Below, one piece after another: positions 10,801-24,427 of a DNA stretch of 61,331 bases. Every line of letters begins with the position of its first letter. Positions within the stretch are counted from its first letter, which is position 1. This stretch comes from Psammoneis japonica (lineage: Eukaryota), in contig QPGO01000311.1 in NCBI GenBank assembly GCA_008632985.1, positions 1 through 61,331 of the forward strand. The letters are read 5' to 3'. The notes beneath the pieces were generated by a model that did not search any database, was not told the origin of the DNA, and saw only the letters and a list, made by a program, of their open reading frames with translations. The translations under genes were made by a program, and so were the position numbers.

Positions 10801-13800
10801 CACGCTTGTCAGCCAAGGGAGCCCGATAACGATTCCATCAAGTTTCGCATACGAATCGAGAGAAAGCCCTTCAACCAAAGGCTCTCCAAGGAGTGCTCGA
10901 GTGTCGCCAACAGCGTTTGTTAGCAATCCTGTTTGTGATTTTTCGATGTGGCGCTCAATTGACCAAGCTAAAAGAACTTGGTTCAAAGATCTGCAAAAAA
11001 AAAACGAATCGAAAACGGCTATTTGAACAACAGGCAATATACCGAACAGAGCAAGATAGCTTCGAAACCTTACAGCTCAATCCACCGATGAAGCAAAACT
11101 CGATCTAAAGCGGTGCTGACTATCCTAACAAGGACTCTCGAGGCATTCTGGCGGTTGCCGCCGTCTCTCCTTATACGAAGGTCGCCGGTTGCGACAGAGC
11201 AAGTGCCTGAATTACTCTGCTTCGAAATCTGGCCAACTTCTGACATTCTTTTGATTGTCGAACCATCAGAATCAATAAGAGAAACCTCAATGAGAGCAAT
11301 GCCGTTCCCAATTTGTCGGGCGTATCCGGATCCTCTCTCGGTCAGTGTTGAAACTGCCTGAAGGGTGGGATCAAGGGGTGATGGGGAATTATTAAAGAAG
11401 AAAGAGAATTCATCGGCATCAAAGTCTACAGCGCCCGTGTCGTTCTCATCAAAATTTGCGTGAGAACTGATGAGTTCAGAGGGAGTAATTTCGTGTTTTG
11501 GTGCCTCGTCTTCTGTCGCCTCATGCAAGAGGTGAAAAAATGTAGATCCACATAAATTTTGACGAAGGTAGACCAATACCATCAATGGGTCGTCCACGGA
11601 AGAAGGAAATTCGTATGCTCGCTCCCTGTGATCTTGCGCTGCGGTCCGGACATCGTTGAGGTCACCCCACTTTTCCTCGAAGCCCTTCACAAACTGCAAG
11701 TCTGCCGATTTCCAATTGAACAGCGGGTTCTTGGTCAGCACGGATGACAAAGCGTCGATTGCAATTGACACAATCTTCTTTTGTAACAGCCTCCGTAGCT
11801 GCTCAGTAACCGAGGGACCTGGTTGCTGCACGCCATACACGAGCAGATCAACGAAACTACCACCGTCCTCGACGGAGCTCTCGAGCTGCATGTAAAATAT
11901 TGCATCCGACTCATCCTTATAAACGAAAATGTCCGGGCGATTCGAAACTGCGAACCTGTCCAGTACTTCTCCTTCCAGCTTTTGTATCACTTTGCTTGCC
12001 GTGCATCGGTGATAGAGCTCGAAACGAGTCCGGAACTGAACAGGGCAGCAAAAATGCCCATCCGGGTGGCGTTGTGTTTCTTCCCGATATGATACTTCTT
12101 CCGCTCTAGCTTCAGAGATCAAAAACTTACTCACCGTTCGCGTACGATGGAGACTGGATGGGATCAAAATGTTGAGTTTTGAGTAGAGGTTGATTTTCAT
12201 ACTTTGCGACCGGACGATACCTTACCTTTGAAGCAAGAGTAGCTGATTTACTCGATGACACGTTTCAGTGATCGCTTCTCGTGTATGCATCAATACAGCC
12301 GAAGCTTCCCGCGCGCCCGAAGGATGATACACTTTAATAGAAATGCAACCCAACCGCATCTTGATAGACACTGAGCACCAAAATGACAACGTTGCGCCGT
12401 TGTCAGCTGACTCAAAAACATAAAATTCACTTTGGGATATAGTTTTCAGATGAAGTTTGGTGTTCCTTTGGAGCTCTGCACTCAGCAAGGAGAAGCTCTC
12501 GTCCACCTCAGCCTCGCTGCCAGCTGGGGCGGACGCATCGACCATCGCGTCCCTTCGGGGAACATAGAAATGGATCGTACAAACCGAAGAATCAATGTTG
12601 TGAGCTTTCCGTAGGCACGCTTTGACGGAATTGAGATCCGAGTCCGCTATGTCGAATCCCAAGTACCTGGACCGTTCCAGATATTCTTCAGCGACATATG
12701 CATTGAGACGGGAACGCAACTTCTCAACAAGAGAAAAATGAGAGCCAAAACGTGTGAATGATTCGACGGATGCCGGGATATCACTTCCCTGACTACGAAA
12801 CAACGAAACATGCGCAGCAAGCGTGGAGACATTTTCTACAGACGCGATTCTTCCCAAAGATGCATCTTCGCCATCCAATGTAAATTTCACAAAGAGTGGA
12901 GGCTGAACTGAAGGGGCGACACGCCTTTCGTTGGAATCCAATGACATGTGTCGACCTTGATTCCGATACGACCCTTCTTCTTCATACACTGACGCCGTGT
13001 CATTTTCTGACTCGTCATCAAATATGTCCAGATCCATGTTTCCGAGATCATCTGTAGCAACAAGCATCTGCTCAACGATATCTTCTCCGTGATAAAAGAG
13101 AAAGAAATCGACTCCTGGAATGCTACTGCACAATTCAGAGATGACCTGAAGGAGCCTTGACGTAGAGCTTTGGCCTTCCGCGAGTTCACCCTGCATCTCG
13201 TTACAAACAGACACCGACGTTGCTGGAACAAAATCGCAATACCCCAACAAAAACTGAAAATCATCGGGATGCAACGTCATACTAGTAGGTAGCGATTCGT
13301 TTCTCAATGCCAAATAAGCTGCCTTAGCGTAGTTCTCCCCATGCACTGCTTCGAGTCTATCTGCAAACTCTGATACGCAAAGGTATTCGCTGATGTGATC
13401 CACGCTATCGTCGTCAATGGAAGCATCGCCTGCATAGTATAGGTCACTTATCCCAATGGTAAAGAAACTCATATCTCGATAGCTATATGATTGGTCAACA
13501 CGGATAACCAGCGACAGATGCCCAATGCTCATCGTATCGCTGTCGTGTTTAATAACAAACCAAATGCCTGGTTCGACTCCATCAATCTTAACGTCGGAAC
13601 CAACAGAGAGCTTTTCGACAGACACACCGGCGGCAGGAGATAGAATCAGGTCTGTGGTTAATTCCACTAGTACATCGTTCGCTGAGCCACTGTCACCCTG
13701 AAAGCACCTTAGCTTTCTTGTTTGTCGACAAGAGTACACAAGAAGACGCCTCAAACTAGCCTCATGGTATTCAAGTGGAATGGTCGCATCGACCTCGTGA

Positions 13801-16800
13801 GAACGAGGCCCGCCAATTGCTCGGAGCAAATTTCTTCTGCTCGCCAAGGCAAGACAGCACTCCTTATCTTCGCTCCTCACTTTTTCCACCTGGGTTTGGA
13901 ACAAGACCGGTTGCACTTCCGCGCAGTGCTCAGATGTACCTGGTTTAAACGGAAAGAAGTTACCTCTAAGAGTGTCCATGTAGAAATTGATGAACACTTT
14001 ATCAGTGAGAATTTCAACCTGATACTGAACAAGATGAAGGTCCGACGGCGATGACACATCGTCAGCGGTCTCGCTTTGAACAAACTTCACGAAGAACGCC
14101 CGTGTGTCCGAAGAGTCAAGCAGCCAATACTTTCGGATCTCGGTCATTCGCTTTGTGAGCAACGGCAGGAAATCCGCGTCATGAACGACGGGTAGCTCCC
14201 ATTTGTCGTGATGATAGTGGTTTTCCAGAAACCTTTGTTTACGTGGCTGCTCCAAGTCAGGGATCGATTCATGTCGGTATGCCGCAAGATACTCGTCCAT
14301 CAGCACTGGTAGAACAATAACATTGTCCTTGCTGGAGATTGCGCTCTCCAGAGAGAGAAACATCGACAAACGCTCCATTGCGCAGACACCACCGAATGAT
14401 GCAAGTCTTAAGGTGAAAAGTCTGGATGTAGAGGCGGAAGGGACAACAGAAACAATGCAGTAGGAAGGCAAATCATTTTGAGTAGACCTGATTGCTTTGA
14501 AGTAGCGCTCCCGGTCAACAATAACGTGGGTTGACCAGTCCGACAGAGCCTCAAACAACTCCTTTTCGCCATTGTCGTGTTCAATGAACTCACTCAGAAG
14601 CCCTTCGTCAGGGCTTATCGGTATCTGGCCCACGCAGAGCACATCGACTTTGTCGATTTGAAAGTGACGGGACCACTGCATGGAACTAAGCGAATCTATC
14701 AACGGAAATAACGGGGAATTATCCGACCATTCCATCGAGCATAAATCTGACTGCAGATTGTCTTCTTCTCTGTACCACCTCAGAATCTTACACAATTTGG
14801 CTGACGCATGTCGGGGTATCGTCTTTGATCGGATGGCTTGATCACGCAAGCGAAACTCGTTCTTTGCCCGCTGAATGAATGAGCTATCCCCCGAAAGTTC
14901 GATTCTGACGTGGGCGGCGCCAACCATGAGACTATTAATGGCAGCTCTGTATGACAGTTCATAGTGCACCACAATTCCAAGTTCATCGATTGGATACGTG
15001 AACTGAACAGACACCCGGTCCGGTTCCTGAGTGTTTTGACCATACTGACGGGCACGATATCCTTCTTTAACTCTCATCAACACCAATCCCTTTACGCGAA
15101 CTGGGGAGAGATCATACGAAGAGAAGACGACTCGATTCGGTAACCTTCTCTTCCCAAGAGGATCTTGGCTTACTACTTTTCCCCTCCTACTACTAGGTAC
15201 GGTAGCGCCGTGTTTCTTTTGAGCCATTTCTCTCCGAAGGCGAATGTATCGAGGAGCTGCAAGTCTTCCCGACGCAAGGTTCAACAATGGGGAGAGCGGC
15301 GAGTTGGCAAAAAGAACATACCTTCCAAAAGAAAAGGATAGTTAGATATTTAAACTGGTAATATGTTACAAACGAGAGAAACGTGCGAAACTACGTACCA
15401 CTGTAAGGCATTTGGTTTGAGAGATCTTCTTCGAAACGAGAGGAAATGGTCGGAGTGTAGGGCCGAGGAGCTCGGCACCTGACCAACAGTGGTCTTCACT
15501 GTTTCTTCTAATAAAGACCATCCAGGAAGCAGCCACCGGAAGCACTGCAGAGCTCAAAAAGAGACTACAGGAATGACAAGTGTGATTTACCGTGAAGGAG
15601 ATACAGCATGGAGACAGCACTGTGATCAAACGCACTTACTTCACTGTCATCCGATATATGCAGAGGGAACGACCCGGGCCCGACCGGATCCCACGTCAAA
15701 AAGTTTGGTTGTGATGTAGCATACTCTTCATCGTTCTCATTATGCGACTGAAGGTCAACTGGTATATGGGAATTTGCGCTTGACAGGTCCAATACAAAAA
15801 GTGGTGTGTCACGTTCATTCTCGGTCATTCGGTCGAGAACAGTGCCACAGGAAACAGACCTACAGTCGGTAGCCACAACAATACAAGGTCTTCCCTGAAA
15901 AGGCAACAGCCCCAAGGCAACACGCCCTGCCTCTAGCAAGTCGTTCAACGAAGACGAAGATGTAGGGACTCGCCAAGAAGCCGGTGACACCCCGCCAGTG
16001 GACAGGCGCGAAGCAATTTCCGTCTCTACATCCGTCAGAGCCCAATGGGCAATTTGCTTGGATAAATGACGAGCGCTGTCTATATCAACAACCCTGTAAT
16101 CCCTCACAAGTACACTGATTTCGGGTTTGCCTGTATCGCGTGGGTAAACGGCAACGACCGTGACTGCGAGTTGCGGTTTCCACGCTCCGTTGTTTGTCTT
16201 GATGGGTTGTACCAGAGCCTGAAAGAATCGTTCTGCCATGCGCGGTAGCCGATCCAAAGCACAGTAAGCCCCGTCATCATCTCCATCTCCAAAGAGGGAT
16301 GTCAGAGTGGGAGACGCATCCAAGCAAAAGGCCACACGTGTCATTTCGTAAACAAACGAGACTCTGGTTTGCGGAGACAGTCGCAAGGGCAAATGTCGCG
16401 GCTCATAGCAAGGTATTTGCGAAGAAGCGTCAGTAGATACGTGAGCTTCTCGAAAGGTCTGTGCCTGTAAATTGAACTGCCGGATTCTTTTGTAGAAAGC
16501 GCGTCGCTTCTTGTTCGCCATCTGACCGATTGCCTGCACAGGAATGCATTCTAATAAACTGACGACTCCACAAACACCTCTCGAAGACCTCGCCCGGAAG
16601 ATTGCAGGCTCCTCGTCTTGGCTATGGTCTCCTTCCGTATTCGTCGGTGCTTGTATTGGAGCAGTAAGGGTTTCGATCAGGTCAAAGTGATACGCCACTC
16701 GTTCAGCAAGACCAAAATTGTTCCAATCAGCAAGGAGTATGGTCAAGGCAACAGCTTCTCCTGGAAGCGGTCCTGCCACCTGCGCTTCTGTCTTTGCACC

Positions 16801-16821
16801 AGATCGTTCAGTCATTTTCAT
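7808..16821 (-). CDS. SZT2: SZT2-like protein (KICSTOR complex scaffold), multi-exon
   Basis: Consecutive minus-strand ORFs can be joined by GT-AG introns (checked by eye near 8450-8535, 8735-8805, 8950-9048 and 10990-11073). Segments RVAFCLDASP, LMRVKEGY, DRFAVSNRPDIFVYKDESDAIFYMQL and LLVYGVQQPGPSVTEQLRRLLQKKI match my recollection of conserved SZT2 blocks. Confidence 0.85.
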
Positions 16822-16989
16822 ACGATAGTCAGACCCCCATTGGATGATTCGGTCTTCTTCATCGCTTATTTGTATTTCAAAGCAGAGCACAAGATCGGAG
16901 ATCGAGAAGACGACATCGTCCGATCTTTCGATTACAGTGTGACTTAGGCTGTTGTACTGTACCTTTGAAGCGCGAACGCGCGCGCGCGA

Positions 16990-17245
16990 CGCCCTCTCTC
17001 TAGCTACAGTAGCTAGCTCTCTCTCTCTCTCTCTCTCTACTCTCTAGAGAGTAGCTACTAGCTAGAGAGTAGAGACTACTAGCTAGAGAGTAGAGAGACT
17101 GACTCTCTCTGAGAGTAGACTGACTCTACTCTCTAGAATAGAGCTAGCTACTTAGAGAGAGAGAGACTATTCATAGAGCTAGGCCCTACAGTACTCGCTA
17201 CTCTAGAGGGCCCTCTACAGCTAGCTATCAGGTACCGGTAGTAGG
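16990..17245. repeat. TAG/CTA/AG-rich low-complexity patch upstream of SZT2
   Basis: CTCTCTAGCTACAGTAGCTAGCTCTCT...TAGAGAGTAGCTACTAGCTAGAGAG, preceded by a (CG)n run at ~16969-16988. Confidence 0.9.
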
Positions 17246-17602
17246 GCAATACTGAGCAAAGTGATGCAGTGCCCGAGAAGCACGGGCAGTGGCCCCCAAA
17301 TGGAGGGGTGCAAACGAAAGCATGTCGGCACCCTGGGCAATCATGCGCTTGTCCGCGACATGGACGAGGTGGAACACAAAACCAAACTTTGCTTCCAGAC
17401 GCTTGATATGGCTGTGTTTCCAAGCTCTCTCGAACTCCCTTTACATGGGGGGCCTCTCATCTCCTCAGCTACTTTAGTAGAGAGGAACGTGCCGGTCTCT
17501 CTGTCATTAGATCTAGAGTAATAGACCAGTGCCATCATACGTTGGCCCTACTACATCACTCTATCATAGCAGGAGAGCGGAGACGCCGATGTATGTTGAG
17601 CA

Positions 17603-20600
17603 CTAATGTGCAAGAAGGCCGACCTTCCGGACCGCTCCCCATTCAGAATAGTAATTCCTGGCCTGCTCTTCGTAGTATGCTGAGTCATCTAGAAGTTGCA
17701 ATTCTGAGAGATAGGTGGCATATCGCTCTGTTGCCAGTGCAGCATCCTGAACGAATCCGCCTCTCACAGCAGTTTTGATAGCTTTCTCATAGGATTCACG
17801 AGTCTTGGTTTCGTTGCTGCGCAGGGCCGTGTCTTCGGCCTCCAACAAGAGAACCAAATGGACCAGATTGCACCCGCCCTTGCCGACCCAATCACGTAAT
17901 GTTGCTTTGACTTTTCTGGCGGCTCTAGCGTACTTGCTTTGGCCCGTGGATTTCGCTGCGGCGTATAGACACAACCCTCTTCCGAACGGTTCAAACCCAA
18001 ATAAGAATCCAGGATAGGTTCTGGTCACTGCATCGCCCATTTCGAGCGCAATGTCAGCTCCCTGTCGGTAGTCTCTCATGTAGGCCATCAAGTGGCAAGT
18101 GTGAAGCTGCAATATCAGTTTGTGTGTTGGATACTTTTGTACATCAACCTCTGGATGAGAATCACGTTTGCCCAAAGGAACAATACCTCTTCCCAAAATA
18201 TTCGCATTCCAACACAATAGAAATGTAGGTTCAGACCTTCCAGCTGCCTGATGTAATTACAGAGGTCTTGTTCTACACTATCCAACGGGCTTCCTGAAAG
18301 AAAGTCACAAAGTATCCCCTGCCAAATTGCAACGCAGGCTCCTTCCTTGTTCCCCGAAAGCATTCCAAGACGATAGGATTCCAAGAAAATGCCGTGACAA
18401 CTTCTCAACGGCTTTGTCCAACAAAGCACAGTGCTGCACGCTTTGTGGAGTGTGCTGCATCTCGTGTAATTCGAATGAAGGCGCTCTTGAATGCACATTG
18501 CCTGCTCTGCGAGTTTTGTTGCCGTTTCCCAATCGCCGTTCTCATACATTAGTATGTTTGAAAAAGAACTAACGGCTGAAGCAGTGAATTCCGTCAACCC
18601 GTACAGTTTGGTCCAGCGAATACAACGGCAATAGAACAAGGCATAGAGCGCTTTGTTCTTGAGATTAAAGAGAAATGAAGCAGCTCGAACAATCAAAGTA
18701 ATCGCTTCTCGTTTCTGCGGATCATCCATGAATGGCAAATTGCTTATTTCCTCAGTAGTGAGCATATAGGATTTCAATGTTTCCTTCAGGTAGCTCCTCA
18801 CTTTGAGCTGTTGCACTGCTCTGTTTTTAGGAAACCTGCAACCCAGACGATCAAGAATAGATAACGCTTCGTCTACTGCCTCCTTGTAATGTCCATCCGA
18901 GAACAGTCGTTCAATTTCAATGTGCTGGACGCGTAGCTTGTCAAGGGTAGAGAGTTCTCCCTGTTGTATGACTTGTTGACAGTAAGTTTCTGATATCTCT
19001 CGGTTCCCCAAACTTTCTGCTGCCTCTGCTCCGATCGTAAACAATTTGACCGCGAGAGTGGGATACTTTCTCCAAATCGCGGACATGTCATTCTTTTCCT
19101 GCAATGCCTTGAGCCCCATCTCAACAAACTTTGCCGCTGTCCCGTAAGCCGCCAGGGCCTTTGCCTTGTCCGCTGCCTGATAATCGAGGAATGCGATTTC
19201 TACTGCGAACGATTCGTCAGCATCCTGTGTTCTTTGGTTAAGTAGGTCGGCAATCACGAAAAGCATGTCGTCAATCATCTCAGATGATAGAAATTGGTAG
19301 AGGCACTTTCCAATCGTGAATTGAAAGGACCGAACATGATCTTGCGGTAAGAGAGAGATGGCCGCTTCACGAACTTTATCATGTACAAATCTGAAGGAAC
19401 CGCCTGACGCAAACGGCTCTAAAAAGGACTCGTCCGAAGCAACTTTCAAAACGATGTCCAGTTTGGCAGAATGTGATAGATGCGATGGAACTTCTTCTTC
19501 TTTGAACCATGGTATAGTTTTAATATCGAGGTTGTCAACAACAAGTCCCAAAGTGTCGCGATCAAACGAATTTCCTAGACAAGAAGCAACCTGCAGAGTT
19601 TGAAGAAGCTCACCCGTGCCGTTCTTCGTATGCGCAGAGGATCGAAAGGCACTCATTTTTGTTTGCAGCAGCGATATTACGTTCTCTGTGGCTGCGGTTT
19701 CTTCCTCAACTTTGGCAGTGTTCCATTTCCAACGGAAACGCCCGATATCGAATTCGAGCAAACCCTGTGCACGGAGGTTCTCCACAAAGAGAATCACAAA
19801 ATAAATGTTCCCGGCTGTCCGATGGTGAATTATTCGAGCCAATTCATCAACGGACTCCTCCTTGCTGCTGCTGTGGTCCGAAATAGACAAGACACGACAC
19901 AGAATTTCTCCAATCGCTTCCTCGGACAGACTTCCAACCGACATCTCAGTCATGACGAACGGCGCCGAGTCGCCGTCCGACAAGCCCCGTGCTTCCAACA
20001 GTAATTTTCTTAAAGGGTGCGTCTCGTCATCCAATGGTACCTCATCTGATCGATACGTCCCCAATAGAACAAGCTTGGAATGATAACTTTGTTCAGATAA
20101 AAGACGTTTCATCAAATCCAAAGTGGCAGAATCAGCCCATTGTAGGTCATCCACCAAGATAACGATTGGTCCAGAGACACGTAACGACAGTATCCTCTGC
20201 ACCGCGACAAATGCCTGCTCCAGTATTTCTTTGGACTGCGTGGTTTGTGATGATTCAGTTCTCATCAACGACTGCGTATCGACGGAGCCTACATCTCCAT
20301 CCTTCTCATCTTTCGTGCCCCCCTTTCTTTGAAAGAATGTGAAACGTCGGCGACTTTTTCTTTTCTCAGTTGCGTTGTCGGCGATACCAGTTGAGTCATT
20401 TGCAGATTTCGTTTCATCAACCACACCAAGACTGGTCGTAGAGTTCTGTTGCGCCTTTAGTGATGATTTCTCCTCTTCTTCTTTATCAACAGCAACAAGT
20501 TTGGGATCATGGTAGCGAGCAGGTCCAATTGAGGCGAGTCAATGATTTGCAACAACTCTTGCTTTAATGATCCGTCACTGCCGATGCGAGATTCTGGGCT

Positions 20601-21041
20601 TTGACCAATCAATTCTGCACACAGATTTTGAAATGATGTAATGAATGGTGCGTATGGTGTTGGATTCGATGGCTCATTCTTCCCCTGAATAAAGATTCCC
20701 TGCATGGCTTTTGTTGGCTCCATCAACTCCCGAGCCAGAGCCGACTTTCCAATGCCAGAAACGCCACTCAACACCACAAATTCATTCTTGGTCTTGTCGT
20801 TGTCAATATTGTTGACATTGAATCGTAATCTCGTTTGTAAAAGATCCGTTTCTTTTTGACGACCGACCAGATCCAACGTTCCAAAATCGAGATGAGAACT
20901 TTGAAAGGAATCGATTGTCGCATCTATTTTCGCCTTTTGTGCAACATTCTTGGAAGGTTCTACCAAAGTAACCTCTGGGACAATGCCTCTTATAGAACTG
21001 ATATTGGCACCCACAGTTGATGATGAATCACCGCCGTCCAT
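17603..21041 (-). pseudogene. STAND-like AAA ATPase with C-terminal helical/TPR region (family of bacterial kinase/ATPase/sensor proteins, expanded in diatoms); two apparent frameshifts
   Basis: Walker A GVSGIGKS, Walker B ILVDDLQWAD, RTAGN, ASCLG and FRFVHDKVREAA, plus C-terminal GFVQDAALATER and WGAVRKV. Frames switch near 20495 and 18175 with no room for introns, so this is either a pseudogene or has assembly errors. Confidence 0.8.
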
Positions 21042-21239
21042 CGTCTATTGTTTGTTTGACCGTTGCATGGACCGTGACCATGGCTAATGATGATCTGCAA
21101 TGATAATATGGAAATAACATGCCTCGCAACGACGCGATTTTGTTTATTTCTGTCTGTCAACAGCAGTCTGTACTTCGCCTCGCTCCGTTGGCACACGCGG
21201 TTTCGGGGAACAATTCAGGTTGGGTCTCTCATGTAAAGC

Positions 21240-22300
21240 ATGGACACATTCATGATGTAAAGGAGGTGGCAGCTGCATTTTCCATGTGGGTGTTGGTTGA
21301 TTTTAGCAATCAATGCAAACCTGCATCTCAATGCAGGGTTGGCAAACTGCAGTTTAGAGGAGTTGCCACACCCCATTCTCCCGTTTGGGGCTTCCACCTG
21401 CAACCAAAAGTTGCTTCATCAAGCCCCTCCCCCTGATTGTCCAATTTCATGAGTCTTCATTGGGGGGGGGGTTGTTTCACAATGCACTGTGGTCCTGGGC
21501 TGTGGCAGGCGGGTCATCCTCCGAGTGAGATGAGGGTTGAGGAAAGGAGCAGGGCGAACTTCCAGCCAGTTTCCAGCCAACAACAACAGACTGACAGAGC
21601 ATCAAAGCCCCTGCCCCATGCCCCAAAATTGTTGAGAAGGAGTTTTTAAAAAAAAAAGCAGAAAGACAAGCGCACAACTCTTCCGGCATGGGAAACAGTG
21701 GAATGTTTTGGAGGTGGTGTGCCAACCCCCGCGCACTTTGCCTGCAATGGCATCCCACTGGCAAGAGGAGCATGGGGTGCACTCAGCCAAAAGACATCTG
21801 CCTCTGAAAAGGGGAGCTGATGCCAGCAGCAAATTGACCCCACACCATCTTTGCTGTCTGCTGAGCACACAGGCACTCGTGGTGTTTGACAGAGAGAGGT
21901 GGGTGGGCCCTGCTGCTGAGCTTTGTGCAGCTCAAGCACAGGACCCACCTAAGACCAAGGAGAGAGACCCAAATCTTCAAGGCACAGGTGGATGATCAGC
22001 CACTTTGGCAGCTCTCAAACAAGGGACAGCAACCAGGTGGGGGGGGGGGGGCTCCTCTCTCCTGGCCTCTCTCCTCCCATTTTTTGTTTCTTGTTCTCAA
22101 GAGTTTTGAGGTGCTTGGCAACCTCCTTCAACGCATGTCACAACTTGGCAATCTCCACATGAGTGCACTGTGGGCTGACTTTACTTCCGAGCTTGCGTTC
22201 TTTGCCTTGTCCGTGAGAGTGGTTGCCGTCGATTGCAACAATTCAGATTCAGTGACAACCTCAAAACCCAAAACCCCCATGTTCGCCAGACAGACATCCT
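21240..22300. other. TpA-depleted domain 2 (unidentified repeat or pseudogene relic)
   Basis: TA is almost absent except in TTTA/TAAA contexts; normal composition resumes near 22310. Confidence 0.85.
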
Positions 22301-22443
22301 GCCAGCCCGCGGTATTTTTCATCCTTCATTCATGTATACGATAATTTCACTCGAAAGCTCTCGGATCACAACGAGCAAAAGGACAATGGTGTTTGGTGTT
22401 GCAAGTTGTGCCCTCACACAATAGCCGAACTGCAGCAGTAACG

Positions 22444-24427
22444 ATGGACCAGTACATTGATAGGAGCAAAAGTGCCTCCAGTCAGAAGCGTGGTACAAAG
22501 AGAAACCACGAACAACATCTAGCGACGATTGAACATACCCCGGATGGCAAGGAAGTGCTCGTTATTTATTCTTCAAGTGAAAACGAGGAGGATGACGTGC
22601 TTGTCATTGATGATTCCAGCGACGACGAGGATGATCGCAAACCTGCAGCAAAGGAAGTTGTCGACTTGGAAAGATCACAAGACACTGCGAGAGATGACGA
22701 ATCGAGAAGTGTTGATGAGACTCCAAGAGCGGCACTTCCTCGTTCTGCTGCTGCGTTGTCGACAGTACTTCCCCAGAAAGTCCCAAAAAAAGTAACTCCT
22801 CCCCCGGAGAGTCAGGATGAATCAGTAGTCTCTTCCACCAGAACTGCCGCTTCTTCTTCTGCTGCTGCTACTTCTGCAGTTGCCACTCTGTCGGCTGCCG
22901 CTGCTGCTTCTCCTGCTGCCACGTTGCCTACTTCTGCGGCTGCTGCTGCTGCTACTCTGGCACCCGATGCGGTTGCTCGTTTACCGTCGGCAAGTGACGC
23001 GGACATAGCGGCAGGTCCAGACGAGGCGGACGATGTAGATGATGTGTTTGAAGAAGAAGAGTTTGGCACTCTCTTGGCCGATTGTCGAGATGTAACCCTT
23101 GGCAGGTTGGAACAAGCAAACGACGCTGGCGCAAGCTTGATGACAGTGGATCAAGTGCAAGACTTGTTTCGAGGGTTTGAGCAAGACTTGGGAAAAACAT
23201 TGACCGACATTGAAATGGACAAGGCTGTCAAGGGAAGTGACGTGTCGAAGGATGACAGTACAGAACAAGAGCGAGCACTGTATGGAAGAGCCTTGCCTGC
23301 TCTCGTCATGGTAAGATGCCTATGCGTCTTCTTTTCATGCATTGTTGAAATAGCGATATGTTATCTCACCATGTTCATTGTCTCTCTTTTTGTTACGTAG
23401 AAACTAGAAACTATTTTCACATCACTAGAAGAATCTGATGTTTTTGGGGACGTTGGGCATGGACTTGGGACGGTCTGTACCCAAGTGGCGCTTGCACGAG
23501 GCTGTGAAGCCAGGGGCATTGAAATGAATGTAAGACTCGCTGCCGCGTCGTGTTGAAAACTTGACTTTATTCCTTTTTCTTATTTGTCTGCCTTTTGTGT
23601 TTTGCTCAGGCGGCACGCAATAACGTTGCCTGCGGAATCCTCAGCCATGTCAGGGACGTACTCCAGCAGCGGAGGAGCCAAGGCGAAAAGTTTCGACACG
23701 GCCTTGTCCGGTTTCGGTAAGTTGATAATGTGTTTTCTGTCACACTGTATCAACATGATCTCATTGGATATTGTAATTCTTCTTTTTCAAAAGGCACGGA
23801 AGGTTGGAAGATCCCGCCCACCGCATGTTCTTGACAGACCAGGTGAACCGTCTTTTCTGCAACAATTTTAATGATGTCTTTGGAGGGCGGGCAACAAACA
23901 CCATCAAGGCTACCCCGGACTACTACTTGGCCGGGATCTTTACTCAAATGTTGCCTGGGGCAGAGCTTGTGACGCTCCACCCAATACCAGGCTTGCCGCC
24001 GCCAATTTCTGAAATTAACTCGACTCGTAAAGACAGTGGCCTAAGGGAATACGAGTATGCTTCGTTCTATGAGATGGAGGAGTTTCTGATTGAGGGTGAG
24101 GAAGACGGCACGGAGTATCTGGATTTTCTGAACCCCAAAGAGTCGTTTCGCATGTACAAGTACACCAAAAAGACATACCAGGCAGAGTTTCTGTGCACGG
24201 TAAAATCTTGCGATTCCAACAAGAAGGGTGAGCCTATGCGCATTCAAGCATGGACCGAGGTGACGAAAACTGTCATGGTCAAAAAGAAGGGAAAGAAGAA
24301 TCACAAGTTTGATGAGGTGCGCATTGTGCCGGTGTCTGTGTGCCCTCACTGTAGCAAGACGAACCCGAGCTTGCGCAAGAGGGGTAAAGCCGTGACGTAT
24401 CGAGAGAGTAGTAGGAAAAGAAAATGA
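22444..24427 (+). CDS. DOT1-like (histone H3K79-type) SAM-dependent methyltransferase; exons 22444-23310, 23401-23529, 23610-23716, 23794-24427
   Basis: Splicing three GT-AG introns gives a continuous frame: ALYGRALP...ESDVFGDVGHGLGTVCTQVALARGCEARGIEMN...RHGRLED...RLFCNNFNDVF...MLPGAELVTL. This parallels the DOT1 motifs YGE, DVFxDLGSGxG, GxE, IFxNNF and GxRIVS. The N-terminus is acidic and Ala-rich. Confidence 0.75.

Noticed and set aside
7808..16890. Separate genes or a pseudogene for the string of minus-strand ORFs
   Set aside because: The stops and frame changes I examined fall inside plausible GT-AG introns that restore one frame.
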